Source: Vitrella brassicaformis CCMP3155
Taxonomy: Eukaryota > Protista > Chromerida
Assembly: GCA_001179505.1 (NCBI GenBank)
Contig: CDMY01000310.1
Span: forward strand, 62,001-126,000
Direction: 5' to 3'
Length of the DNA: 64,000 nt
In this document: positions 24,759-37,700 of the stretch, in pieces
How the letters are laid out: the number at the start of each line of letters is the position of its first letter
Numbering within the stretch: the first letter of the stretch is position 1
Notes under the pieces: model-generated
The model's input: the letters and a program-made list of their open reading frames with translations, nothing else
Database searches by the model: none
Told to the model about the DNA's origin: nothing
Position numbers and translations under genes: made by a program

Positions 24759-25399
24759 TCAACAAGGGTGGCCTTCAACACCACCTGCACGAACCTCGAG
24801 GCAGCCAATGACGGCCGTCTGCTCGTCCAGGTCAACAACAGCACCGCCACACACATCCACACACATTTCGGTACACAACAGCCTCCTCCCTCCCTCCCTC
24901 CCTCCCTCCTCCCCCCCCCCCCCCCCCACACACCCCACTGCAGTGCACCTTTCCCTCCCATCTCTCTCTGGCTCTCTGTGTCTCTCTGTGTGTGCGTATG
25001 GCGTGACAGTGGTGGGTGCGGACGGGGCCCGGTCGTTTGTGCGTGACGGTCTGGGGTTCAGTGCCGTCAGGTTCCCCGAGAGCAACACGCGTGTGTACAA
25101 GATCATGCCGCTCAAGCTGCCCAAGGACATGAGAATGGACCTCGACTACATCGCTGGACGACCGGTGGGTGCCATTCCACACACACACACACACAGACAG
25201 AGAGAGAGAGAGAGGGGGGGGGAGGGGGGTTACACCAAAGTGTTGTGTCGATTAGGATGGTGTGGCGCTGGACGCCCTCCCCACTCCCGAGGGCAATATG
25301 ATCGGCGTCGTCCTCTTCAGGCCGGAGGACACACAAGTGGCCTCCCTAAACACCGGTACTCATACAGCACACGTGTGTGCGCCACGCATCTCTCTGGCC

Positions 25400-25435
<36 letters not shown>

Positions 25436-26412
25436 CTGTGTGTGTGTGTGTGCAGCTGAATCGGTGCGGCGGTATGTCCGTGAGAGGTTCGCCGCCGTGG
25501 TGCCTTACATAGAGGAAGAGCAATACGCCCTCTTCGCGAAGCGGAAGACGTGTAGGTTTGACGCACACACTGAAGGCGTGTACACCCACCTCCACCTCCA
25601 CACACACTGACACACAGACACACACACACACACACAGAGAGAGAGAGAAGGCGCACCATCTATCCATCCATCCATCCGTGTGTGTGTGTGGCTGCATGGC
25701 ATGCAGGCTCTCTCCCCAGCTTTTCCTACGCAGCCGGCCCTCTGCACAGAACCGACCCTGCTCCAGTGGTCTTGCTAGGTGACGCCATCCACTGCGTCAA
25801 GCCTTATTTCGGCCAGGTGTGTGTGTTGACGCGCACCGACACCTTTGACGTGCCATGCATGTGTGTGACCCACAGGGTGTAAACAGTGCCTTTGAGGATG
25901 TCGAGGTGCTGCAGCGATGTCTGCAGGAGTGGTCGGTGGGCACCACACACACACACACAGACAGACAGACAGGGGAGGGAGGGAGGGAGGGAAGGGTCGC
26001 TCTCATGTGTGCGTGTGGGGGTGAGTGGCTGGTTGGTGCAGTGGCGATGATCTGCGTAGGGCCCTCCCTCTGTACACTAAGCGAAGGGCGCCGCAGGCCA
26101 AGGCACTTGTGGAGCTTTCCAGGTCTCACACACACACACACACACAGACACAGAGAGAGAGAGAGAGAGAGGCAGAGGGACACACACAAACAGTCACGTG
26201 TGTATCGTCCCGCGTGTGTGTGTGCAGGTCGTTCGACAAGGACCCGAGGAGCCCATCAGGTTTCCTGCTGTTCGTCCTGCCTCTGATCCTCGACGGCATC
26301 TTCCACAACCTGATGCCCCGGCTCTTCGCCACCAACCCCATCGCACTCATGCAAAACGACGGTCAGTCTGCCCTGCCTGTTGGCATCACACCATCACACA
26401 TCTCACATGCCC

Positions 26413-26453
<41 letters not shown>

Positions 26454-26604
26454 TGTGTGCGGCGTAGATCTGACTTTTACGGGCATTCGACGGCGGAAGA
26501 GGCTAGACAGGCTGGGGCAAGTGGCACTGATGGCAGCTGTGGTCACGGCAGTCGGCAGGACAATCACACTAGGCCTCAAGACACTACTCTTCATGACCGC
26601 TTAA
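23831..26604 (+). CDS. FAD-dependent monooxygenase (kynurenine 3-monooxygenase-like, class A) with predicted bipartite plastid-targeting leader
   Basis: VIVG|GGPAG Rossmann motif; RSYNMGINGRG; VVGADGARSFVR; VLLGDAIHCVKPYFGQ|GVNSAFED. N-terminus MTFTLVAVIILLLLSAAAAAFVASS is followed by an R/S-rich transit-like region. Confidence 0.88.
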
Positions 26605-26710
26605 TTACACTAATGGCCAGGCCTTGTGGACATTGTCTCTGTGTCTCTATGTGACGGATCGACCCAAGTCATGGTCATCAGGATATCGTGACGGAGGAGG
26701 CATCCATCAT

Positions 26711-28195
26711 TCAATCGGCTTCGACGGCAACCCCACTCGCCTGGAAGCTGGAAAACCCGGCGGCACACTTGGGCTCTTCCGGACCGATGCACTGCTCCTT
26801 CTTCCTCTCTTCCACCGACATGGCAGAGACCTGCGCCCAATAGTGCTTGGCCAGTATCTCGGCAATTCCGGGCTGCTGCTGCCACTTGCCGACGGTGAAC
26901 TCGCCCTCTGCGCACCGCACATCAGTGAGACGGCCGGCTATCAGCTGGCTGTGGAGGTATCGGAGGGTTTGCATGAGCTGCCCGTCCTGTGGGAGGGAGG
27001 GAGAGAGCGAGACATACACTTGTGGAGTGGGGTGGGGCTTCATTTATATTGGCAATGTTTGCTGCGCACGTACCGACTCGAATGGGTCGTTGGTGTCGTA
27101 GCGGCCAATGAATGGCGGCACGGGCAGGAAGTTCTGTGGCTGGCAGAGCCCTTGTTGCACCCTGCACCGCACACACACGCACACGTCTCTCGCTCTGTGT
27201 GTGTGTAAGGCAGGCGCGTACATGTCATCGATGAGGACAGTGTGTGAGACGTCTCCCTTGGTGGGCAGCCCACTCCAGCCGAGGTCCTTCAAGCCTGCGG
27301 CGGTCTCTCGCATGTCGCTGTAGTAAAAACTGCGTGCCGACACACACACACACACACAGAGAGGGAGGGAGGGAAAAGAAGACATGTCTTTATGACGAAA
27401 CAAGCAGATGCGTATGCAGACCGGGCGAAGAAGAGCTCTCTAGGGGTGAAGCCTGCGTCCGTCTCGAGCCGGTCAATGATCGGGTCTACCCAGTCGGCCA
27501 CGCCTGCCGACCACACCAGCATCCGCACCCCAATGCCCTTCAGCTGTTTCAAAAACGATATGATATGCGGGCGGACGAGCACCTGCACACACACACACAC
27601 ATACACGCACAGAGAGAGAGAGGGATGCAACTCTTGGTGCACATGATGGATTCTGAAAGGGGTGACCGTTCTGTGTGTTGTGTCTGGAGTCCATGGGTGT
27701 TGGAAGTAGGTGACCCCTCTGTCGATGGGCCCGCTCTTCATGCCGTGAATCATGGTCTCGTCCACTGTGTTGACACACAGACAGGCACACCTCTCTCTCG
27801 CTATCTCTCTCTCTCTCTCTGTGTGTGTGTGCGTGTGTGCGTGTGTGCGTGCGTGTTCCTGCAGCCTGGCAGTGTTTGTTTGTCTGTTTGTCTGTCTGTC
27901 TGTCTGTGGTGTCTGTGCTGTGTCTCGCCTACTGTCCCAGACGATGGTCAGCCCCCCTGCACACAGGCACAACAGACAATGCCGGCCAGCCACGTACAAC
28001 GCCTAGCCTGCCTGCTGGCAGTGCGTGCGTACCATGATGGTTGGATGCGGTGGCCGCCGCCGTCTGTGTGTCCAGGTCGGCCTCTGTCGCCTCGCTGTTT
28101 ATGTCATGATGATGCTTCAGGTGCCACCTTGGCCGACCGCTGGACAACAGGGATAGCTGGGCAGACACACAGGCAATCGCCAGAAGAATACGCAT
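26711..28195 (-). CDS. Signal-peptide FCP1/SCP (NIF)-like HAD phosphatase
   Basis: MRILLAIACVSAQLSLLSSG signal. Spliced IVWD|MDETMIH (DxDxT); VLVRPHIISFLKQL...MLVWSAG; GLKDLG...VSHTVLIDD; NFLPVPPFIG. Confidence 0.82.
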
Positions 28196-28308
28196 GGCTG
28201 GAGGGCCACACTTTCTCCCAAATGGTTGGGGGCCGCATGCATTCGCATGCAGGGGCCCCCGACTTGGAGTGAGACGCGGCGTCTCAACACGACCTGAAAC
28301 GGGCCAAA
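28196..28308. promoter_or_regulatory. 113-bp bidirectional promoter with perfect dyad TGAGACGC-G-GCGTCTCA (28270-28286) and two GCATGCA motifs (28235, 28245)
   Basis: Lies between divergent ATGs at 28195 and 28309. Motifs read directly; function inferred. Confidence 0.5.
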
Positions 28309-29773
28309 ATGCAGCCCCTAATTATCCATTCGGTCGTCCTTTTCTCCCTCTGCTTGTCGACAAGTGCTCGGCCGGCAGTGCATCGCGTTCCCTCACGTCA
28401 TGATGCCCGTGCTGCCGAGGAGATCGGCGTGGATGTGGAATCGGAGGACCTGGCGGCCAATGCAACGACCCAAAGCGGTCTGGTTGTATACTTTGACATG
28501 GACGAGACTTTGGTCTACCTCGGTAGGTAACCGCACCCATTCGGCAGGTGGTGATGCATGTGTGCGTGTGTGTGTCATGCCTTGTGTGTGTGGGTAGAGA
28601 GGAAGAGGGAGGGCATCGTTGACGAACGCCTGCACACTTTTGACCACATATATAGTAGTCGCAGTCTCGTAGACGAGGAGGATATCACCGGCCCCGCGGC
28701 CCGGGTAGGTCAGACAACAGTTATCATAACACGCAGACAGGAACACCTCATTGTTGCAGGTCGGCGTGCGCAAGGATGTGATACCCTTCTTGATGCGTCT
28801 CAAGCACATGGGCGTCCGAATGATGATCTGGACGGCAGGTACTTTTCATTTGTGTGGATCTGATCCGTCTCCTTGTGGCCGTGTTTCTCACCTTTGCAGG
28901 AACGATGGATGTGAGCGGAGCCTTCAATCTGCATCGATCATGACACATGCATGTCAGACTCTCCCTGTCTCGTGTCTCAGTATGCGGACTACATCCTTGA
29001 CGCACTAGAGTGGATGGCTGGTGGTCACACAGTCTGGTGAAAAGCACTTCGAGCACCGGTGACCAAACCCGCCCATCAGCGGCGAAGGCATTCCGGTGTG
29101 TGCGTGTGTTGACAGTTACTACCGTGACACAGTGGCGACCATGCCAAGCAAGACCAAGGACCTCGTCGTTGCCACAGGGGGAGACATCTCGCATGCTGTC
29201 TTGGTCGACAACAAGTACAGTACACAGACAGAGACACAGACAGACATTCATGTGTATGGCGCGTGGATCTCGATTCCCGATCCGCCGTGCTGTGCAGCAA
29301 GCAATCCGGCCTGTGTCATCAAGAGAACTTCATTTGGGTGCCAGATTTCGTCGGACAAGTGGATGACCTCTTCAACATTGAGGTAAACATAGGGGGCGGA
29401 CGCATGGCGCACGCATCCATGGTGTGATGGCTTGACTTCTTTTGTCTGCCCACGTGCGGTGCGCAGACCGGCCCCCTTTTCAAACACCTCATCTTCGAAC
29501 TCCACAACCGCCTGCTGAACAGTGAGCACACACGAAAACACGCCAGCCGTCCGTCTGTCTGTTTGTGTTTGTGTCTCATCGGTGCAGACCAGCCCCCCGA
29601 CGTTCGTTGTCCTGGAGCCAAAAAGTTCATTCAGTTGTGGCAGAGGCACGCCCACTACCACCCGCGTCCGCCCCCAGCTACCTGCCTTCGAGCCGCCGAC
29701 CCGCAGTGCGGTGAAGAACCAATGGCATCCTGACCGAGAGACAAGCGCACCCGACTCAAAGCCAGTTTGTTGA
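28309..29773 (+). CDS. Signal-peptide FCP1/SCP (NIF)-like HAD phosphatase, divergent paralog
   Basis: MQPLIIHSVVLFSLCLSTSA signal; VVYFDMDETLV; VGVRKDVIPFLMRL...MMIWTAG; KTKDL...GGDISHAVLVDNK. 3' exon structure is less certain. Confidence 0.8.
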
Positions 29774-30021
29774 CGAGAAGAGGAGGCCATTGCACGACGA
29801 GAGAGGTCGTGCAAAGAAGGCGGTTCCTTTTCTTTTGCCATGGCCGAGACCGATCAGTCAGTCATCCGTACGTTGATTGATTCGAGGGAGAGACATCAAA
29901 CTGTGGAATGAGGGAAAAACAGAAAGAGAAACAAACCGACATTACACATCCACTTCATGAGCACGAGAGATCCTCAATGCATCCACTCCATTCCACACAG
30001 AGAGAAAATCGTGCAACACGA

Positions 30022-32700
30022 TTAATCGACCCGCTGCATGGGCTGGCCAGTGACCAGAAGTGACCCCGTCTTGCCCCTCCTCGGCGACATGATGGACGTC
30101 CTTTGCCGTGGCGATGATCCATTGATATTATGATGTGCCAGTGGCAGTGGTGGTGGGGCTGCTGATGGTGGCAGCGTGCGGAAAGCGGTCATGCTCATGC
30201 GCCTGGCGGCTGTCGCTGCTGCCGGCACCATGGTGTGTTGCCTTCTGGGTGAGGTGGGAGGATGCAGGTGGTGGGGCTTGGTGGAGGGCCGGGAGACGGG
30301 ACCACTCAGGGGGGGCGAGCTGAAAGAGGGAGAACTCCGGACGGCAGCGTCATATTCCCAATGAGATGTCTGCAGAGAGACAGAGAGACACGGAGAGAGG
30401 GAAAGAGATGGATGGATGGATGGATGCTGATCCGGTGATGGGTACCGATGAGGATGCTTCGGCGGATTTCTCTCTGCGCTCTTTGGTCGCTTCTTCGTAC
30501 CTGACGAGCGGCATGTCCAGCTGCTGACACGAATCCAGCACCCGACGCACCTCAAACTCCCTCGGCCACCTCTGCTCAGGACAACACATGCACACACACC
30601 GCCCCGCCTATCCCTAAACCCATACCACACACCCATCCCATCCCGACTCACTCACCTCTTTCTCCGATGCCTTGCTGCTGCTTGGTGTGGACGGCTCCGG
30701 CTCATACCTCAGCTGCGACGGCAGCACGAAAAGCGTTTCATCGGCTGCCTGCTGCCCTTCTCGCCTGCGGTGCGTGTGTTGGGGATGGAAAGGGCTGGGC
30801 TGGTGCACGGCCGAGCGTCGCGAGGAGGCTGACGACTGCGCGCCGTCTTCGTGTGTGCCGCCGAGGTCTGTTGAGGGTTGTTGCTGTCTGGTGGACATCA
30901 GATGGGCGTGCAGCAGCACAACCAAGGCCTCACGGTTGATCTGCATAAGTAGGGGAAGAGGGAGGAGACAGGGAGGGATATGAGTGTGTTGTGTTGTGGT
31001 GCGAGGTGGGTGGGATGGGTTAGGTACGTCGAATGCCCAGCAGAGAGCGCCGAGAAATCTGTGCACATGGGGGTCAGCACAGTCGCCCAACTCAAGGAAA
31101 CGAAGACACTGAACACACACACGAGACTCAGTACGAGACTCAGTCAGTGGTCTGTCTGTCTGTCTACCAGACATGTTTGGTGCGAAGGTAGGTTAGGTGT
31201 GTGCTCACTTCACTCACTTACTCTGCCCATGAAGAGGATGTCGACGTGCAGCCCCGCGGCCAGCTCGTAACGACACGCCTGGCTCAGAAACAACTCCCCT
31301 ACACACACAGTCAACCATGGAGGGAGGGAAGGAGATGTGTCTGTCTGTGTGTGAGTGCGATGGTGTACCTGCCTACCTCTGGTTGGGTTCCTTTCTGTGT
31401 CAGCAAGCTTGTGCAGCACCTTGTCAAACCTACACGCCGTAGGTGCACACGGACCACGAATCAACACACATCACATAGACACAGTCCCCTTTGCATTGGG
31501 TACCGAAAGGCCTGGCAGGCGGGCCTACCGACCTGACCCGACTTACCTTCGTTTTTGCCGCTTGAGGAGGAAGAGCGCCCTTTGTCGCTGACGCACCTCT
31601 GTCCCCCGCAACACAGCCTGCAGTGCAGCCAGCCACAGTAAGTAGTAAGGTGAAAGGGAGACAGGAGGGAGGGAGGGAGGGAGGGATGCTCGATGGGATG
31701 GCCGTCGCCCGCCGATTTTGCCTGTGTGACTCACTGGCCGACCATGTCTTCCTCAAATGTGGTCAGATGGCGCGGCAACAAAGCCTCTGTGCGGCGCCTT
31801 CGTGTGGATGAACATATAACGACGTTCGGATTTGTTTTCGTTGTCTGTCTGCCATGCTATGCTGCCTGCCCTCCCTACCTGAGTAGCTGGGGTCTCTCTT
31901 TCCTCTTCTGCTCGATGGCCAGCCGCAGCTGCCGCGACAGGCGGCCCTTGCATCGCTTGAAGAGCACTGCCCGCCGGTACATGACCAGCTGCCCATGCCG
32001 ACGGACTTTCTTGACACTCTCTAGAGGCGATGGCGACGGTGTGTGCAGTGCCACGGGTGGCACATTCGGTGGCACACCACTGGCATCAATCCGGCGCGCA
32101 GCGTCACTCGGTGCAGGAGAGGCGCGCGGAGCCACTGACATCACACGCATACATCCATTCATCGGATGGGGACAAGAGAGGGAGGGGAGGGGAGGGGAGG
32201 GGAGGGGCGGGGAGAAAGGGTTGGTTGGGTTCCCTACCTTTGCCTATGTCTTTTCGTGCGGCTTTATCCAACTGCTCTTTGAGCTGGTCGGCGGCCATGG
32301 CGTTGCGCCGCTCGCGAGGCGACCGCTCCTTTGCCTCAGAGGACAGCATTGACCGTCTACAGTAAGTGCGTTCGTTGCGGAGATGCATGGCATGTGTGGC
32401 ACACACAGTGCGGGAGACATGAGGCACTTTACTTTGTGGCTTTGGTGTGTCTGTCGATCTTTGGTGGGTACGTTACGTTACGTTTGTTTGGTGGAAGTGT
32501 CGCCAAAGGCATTGTTGAGCTGGACGGCCAACGATGGGGACACTTCACGCGCGGCCTGGTCGCATCGCATCCATGCCATGGACGCAGAAGGGATACATAC
32601 AGTTGTTGGTGTATGTATGTAAGTGCGTCTAAGTCGTTCGCATACTGACCTCGGCCTCTTTGTGCCGCTTGAGTGCGATCTTCCGGCGTCGCTTGGTCTT

Positions 32701-32731
<31 letters not shown>

Positions 32732-34639
32732 AGACACGTATGGGAGATGACAGGGGGCAGTGGGGCTGTATCTTACTTACATCGAGCGACTTGAGGAGCT
32801 TCTCGGTCTTGCCGCTCAGCTGCACGACACAGAAGTGGATGTGCGGATGGCCTCTTTGCTCACATCACATATGTGTGTGTGTGTACTGTGGGTATGGGTG
32901 GGAAGGGCGGGATCTCCTTGCGGGTCTGCTGGAAGGCGGAACGGGCCGAACACACATCCCTGCACTCACGAATCATACCGATCACACACTTGTTAAGGAA
33001 GACACAATTGCAAGGAAGGCTGCGGATGAGTAGTGCGCCCATGCATGGCGCAGAAGGCACCAACCATATTTGCTGCAGCATTTCCTCGTTGACCACCTCG
33101 TCACCCCCTCTGCTCCTGATGGACCGTCTTAAGCCGCTATCCACCTGCTGAGACAACGACGCACGACGGCTGCTCGGCCCTGCTGCACGCTGCTGCCTTT
33201 CTCTGTCCCGTGGCCGCAATGTGTGCCTGAGGAGGTCTGCAGGCGGCTGTTGTCTCTCTCTTTCATCGACGTCTGGCCGTCGGTCGTCTGCATCTTCATG
33301 GTTGTCTCTGTAAGAAGACGCTGCCTCATCGCCGCTTGTGGTTGTCTCTATCTCTGAGCCGCTCTGCTCGACAGACTCCTCTCTGTGCATCGCCGACTGG
33401 TCGGGCGGCAGGTGCGTCTCGATTTCTGGCCACTGGTTGATCGTCATCTGAGCGCGCAGCTCGCGAGCAGACGGCCGAGGGGCGGAAACAGCAGGAGTAG
33501 CAAAGACGTGATGGTCACACAGGGGGTGGGAGAGCCGCAGCCGCGATGGTCTCCCGCCGCTTGTGATCTTCATCGGCCTCTTTCGGCTGGCGGCCATCTG
33601 CAGCCTCTCTGCTTCTTTCTTCTTCTCAAAGGCCGCATTGGGGTTGGAGTACCGCCAGAAGGGAGGTGCAACGGGATGCTCTTCGTCGCCCTTTGTCTGT
33701 GTCTCTCCTCGTGTGGTGTCTCTCGCTCTCTCTTCTCTCCGCTGCACCGACGAATGCCGGTGCTGTTGCTGCTGCTGCTGCTGTTGTCGGAAATGGCAGA
33801 TGGAGTAGGTGTTGCGGGGGCTGCTTGTGGCTGTCGTCTGGGCGCCAGGCGATGGCATCTGAACCTTGTCGTAATCGTCGTGGAGGAGGCTGGATGGCGG
33901 ATGGTGGGCTGATGCGTTTGGAGAGAAGAGGAAGGCACTGGTGATGCCTCGAGCAAACTGTGCTGCCCCTCTCCTCCCAAACAGCAGCTTCATCTGCGAC
34001 TGGGCTGCCTGGGGAAGGGAATCAAGACCTGGTCGAGTCGGGCACACATAACATACACGACACGCGAACGTATCGCATCGATGGTGCGCGGTGCGGGAGA
34101 CGCCGCCACGTCGGTATGATGCCTCCCTACCTACCTCCCCTAGCAGCCTTGAGGCGTCTCATGCTCTCCCTGATCTCAACCATCATGCTCCTGTACCCCT
34201 CCACCAGCAGCTGCCGCTCCACATAGAAACGCGACAGATCCCTCTCCCGACGCCACACCTCATGCGCACCCATCGCCTCACTGCCGCGGCGCCTTCGCCG
34301 CTTCCTTCCCTTCTCCACATCAACGATGTTGTCTCGGTCAATGGGCGCCAGCTTGACCGGGGGAACGTGCGTGTGTGAGGGGACGGCCCCTGCTGGCGTG
34401 CGCGTGGCGGCTGCCTTTGCTTTGATGGCCATCTGCAGCTCATCGAACGGGATGATGACTGAAGGGAGAGAGGGGAGAGAAGGGAGAGAGAGAACACAAC
34501 GGATGCCAACCCCAACCTTCTTGTTTGCGTGTTCTCGAGTACCTGGCTGCCTCATCCGCTGCAACGGGTTGAGTGAGGCCGTGGACGGCCCTCCTGCGTG
34601 CAGGCTGCGAAGCGAAGCTGCCTGTCTTCTCCCCGTCAT
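30022..34639 (-). CDS. Large multi-exon hypothetical protein (low-complexity, basic/coiled-coil segments)
   Basis: More than 12 minus-strand exon-like blocks separated by microsatellite introns with GT-AG ends (e.g. ORFs 34127-34726, 32860-34047, 31875-32162, 30614-31174, 30022-30651). No recognised domain. Confidence 0.45.
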
Positions 34640-34779
34640 CTTTCTCTCTCGTCTATCTGCGGCCGTCTGTTCCTTGCCTGAGTCAACCAAGGGCCTTAAT
34701 TCCACAGCTTGTAACAAAACGTGCACCTCTTCTCGACGAAGAGCATCTCTTCATCTCAGCCACACGCGCTTTCCTCGCC

Positions 34780-37700
34780 ATGCGCGCCAAAACCCGGCCA
34801 GCGATCGCAGCACGGCAAGGGACAGGCAATAGCAGTAGCCCTATGAGTGGTCCAGGCGGCGGGAGGGGCCGCAGACGAGGCCAGAATGCACCACAGCCAA
34901 CTCCCAACATCGTTCATGAGGCTGACAGACTCCTCAATGGCGAGTACGTCCCAGGGAGCCTCCGGCGGTCCCATCGCATCGCGCGACAAGCCAACGTGCG
35001 GCGGGCCACCCTCGACAAGACCACCATTCGGCTTAAGAAGCTGTCAGAAGAGAAGCTGAATCTGCTGAAGCAGATGGAGAGGGGAAAACCACTTAGCGTG
35101 GAGGAGAAAGTGGAGCTTGAGAGGCTGGAAGCGGAGCTGGTAGATCCCAGATGGAGCAACCAAGATGAAACATGGAGTGAGTGAGTGAGTGAGCCAGAAG
35201 GTTGGGCTGATGATACATATGAGTGGGTTGGCGGTCTCTCTCCCTCTTTGTTTTGTGTGTGTGTTTTGTGTGTGCGCTGCTCATTCAGGGAAGGCCTTCA
35301 TCGACACGGGAGGCTTCCACGCGATCAAGGTAAGCATCACATCGCATCACCGGCTTCTATCCTGACTGACCATGTGTGTGTGTGTGTGTGTGAATGTCGC
35401 AGAACGAGTATCTGTTTTGCAAGGATCTGTTCCCACGTTGTGCCCTTAAGCTGCTACAACGCCTTTGGTAAGCAACACACACATACGATATGTCCGGTGG
35501 ATGCGATGGGATGCGGTTCGTTCAGGGATCATCTCACCCGGAGGGACGCGCTGCATTGCTTGGACTTGCTCGGCGACGAGGAAGGTGTGGTGGACTGGGC
35601 GCCAGCCCCAGGAGGGTGTGGAGAGATCATCAACGAATGGGTCGTCGAGTGTGAATGCATGCTGGTGAAAGTGGTCAGGCCTGGGGGCTGGCAGCCTGCC
35701 AATGGCGATGGCCTGATGGCGGGACTTGTCAAGCAGGAGCCTATAGAGGGACAGGGGGCTGACGAGGGTGAACAGGTGAGTGAGGTGGGGGTGGGGGAGA
35801 GAGGAGCATCGACACGTAAGGATTATTTATTGGGTTGGGTGGATGTCTGTGTGCGTGTGTGTGTGTGTGAACAGTTGGATGAGGGTGAGTTTGACGAGGA
35901 TCGCATCATGGACGGAGAGGAAGACGATGTGGCCATGGTCAGTGAGTGAGTGAGTGAGTGAGTGAGAGAATGAGCGACGACAGGCACATAAATGTCTGGC
36001 CACACGCGGTGCACATGCTGCTGTTCTCATTTCAGGCTGACGCGGATGCGGATGCGTCGCCCGAGGCGGAAGACAACTTGGATGAGGACACCGACCAACA
36101 GGTGGGTACAGTCCGTGTGTGGGAGGGGGGATGGATGACGCACATGTCAGTCATGTGGAAGCGTCAACGATACCAATCGCATCGCTGGTGTGTATCTGTT
36201 GGCGGGGCGGCAGGATGGTGCCCTCGTAGCCGACGTCGGCGATGGTGATGGCGATGGTGGGGCTGCTGACGACAGAATTGGCCAATCGCCACGGTTGAAT
36301 GCGGTGGGTATCACACACACACGGACAGACAGACAGACACACGGACAGACAGACAACATGGCCCATCCATCCCTCTCCCTCTGTGTGAGCCCTTCTGTCA
36401 GGCTAGTGCTGCCGCTGGTAGTGGTGCTGCTGGTGCTGCTGATGGCGCCGCGCCCGACTCACCGATGGACGTGCCCATCGTTTCCCCCAAGCAAGAGGCC
36501 GACACACCCATGGTACCCTAGACACACACACACACACACGGAGAGAGAGAGAGAGATCCATGCATCCCTCTCTCAGGAGCACCCCGACGACCACTCCACC
36601 GTGCGCATGGTGGCCACCATTCGCGACGACATCATCACCCACCCCTCCGAGAACGAGCACCTGCCCACTGTCAAGACAGAGACCGAGACAGACGCAGACG
36701 GCCGCGTCATCAGCACCACCACCACGCCCATTCCCCCCCTGGAAGAGTGCCACAGCATTGCCAAGGCCTTCTACCAGCAGCACATGCACAAAGCCTTCAA
36801 ACAGACTGGCTGGCGTGTGGCCCGGGAGATGCTGAGGTGTCTGCTTAGTGAGGACGACTTTGCCTATCACGCGTGGCGATGGGCGAGGTGGTGCCTGAAG
36901 GCGGGGCCTGGCACAGGAAAGCCCCCCGATTTCTGCCAGCTGGGGGTCTTTCGAAAGGTACGTGGGCTGACGTTTTGACGGCTGACGGACACGCGCCCCC
37001 ATGTGTGTCGTGTGGTGTGTTGTTCAGGTGGTGGTTCGATTTGAGAATGGCGAGACGCAGGTGTGGCAGCTCGATGGGGCCGAGATGGTGTACTCGCATA
37101 GCAAAAAGGGCGTGGCCGAGCTCATCGACGTCACCACACAACAGGACCAGGTGGACTTGCCAGCGGCGCACATCAAGCAGGAGCAAGAGGCCGGCATCGA
37201 GGAAGAGGGAGAGGGAGATAAAGATGACCGAGACCACGGCGAGGAGGGCGGTGGTGAGACTGGCAACGACATGGACGAGGAGGCATCACCACAGGTCAGG
37301 TTTTTAGCCGAGAAGAGGTTCATCTGGCATCATCATGCATATCCTCATGTGTGTTGTCTGATGGGTTCATGGCATGCAGGCTGGTGTGCACGGCGACCCG
37401 GTTGCCGACAACACGCCCCCTCCCCCAGACAACATCCCGCCTGCCGACCTAGGCAAGCACACCATCCACCATCCACACACACACACACAGACACTCTCTG
37501 TGTTCGTTAAGGTGCCCCAACCTCCCCCTCCCCTGCCGCCCCCCCTGCTGCTCTTCGTCGCCACGTGCGGATCAGACCCATCACCATGGACGAGTGGCGG
37601 GATAAGCACGAGCCCGACATTCGCCAGACATTCGAAGAATTCTGCAGAGGAAAGGGTGAGTGGCCACACAGAGAGAGAACCCACAGATGGATGGATGGAT

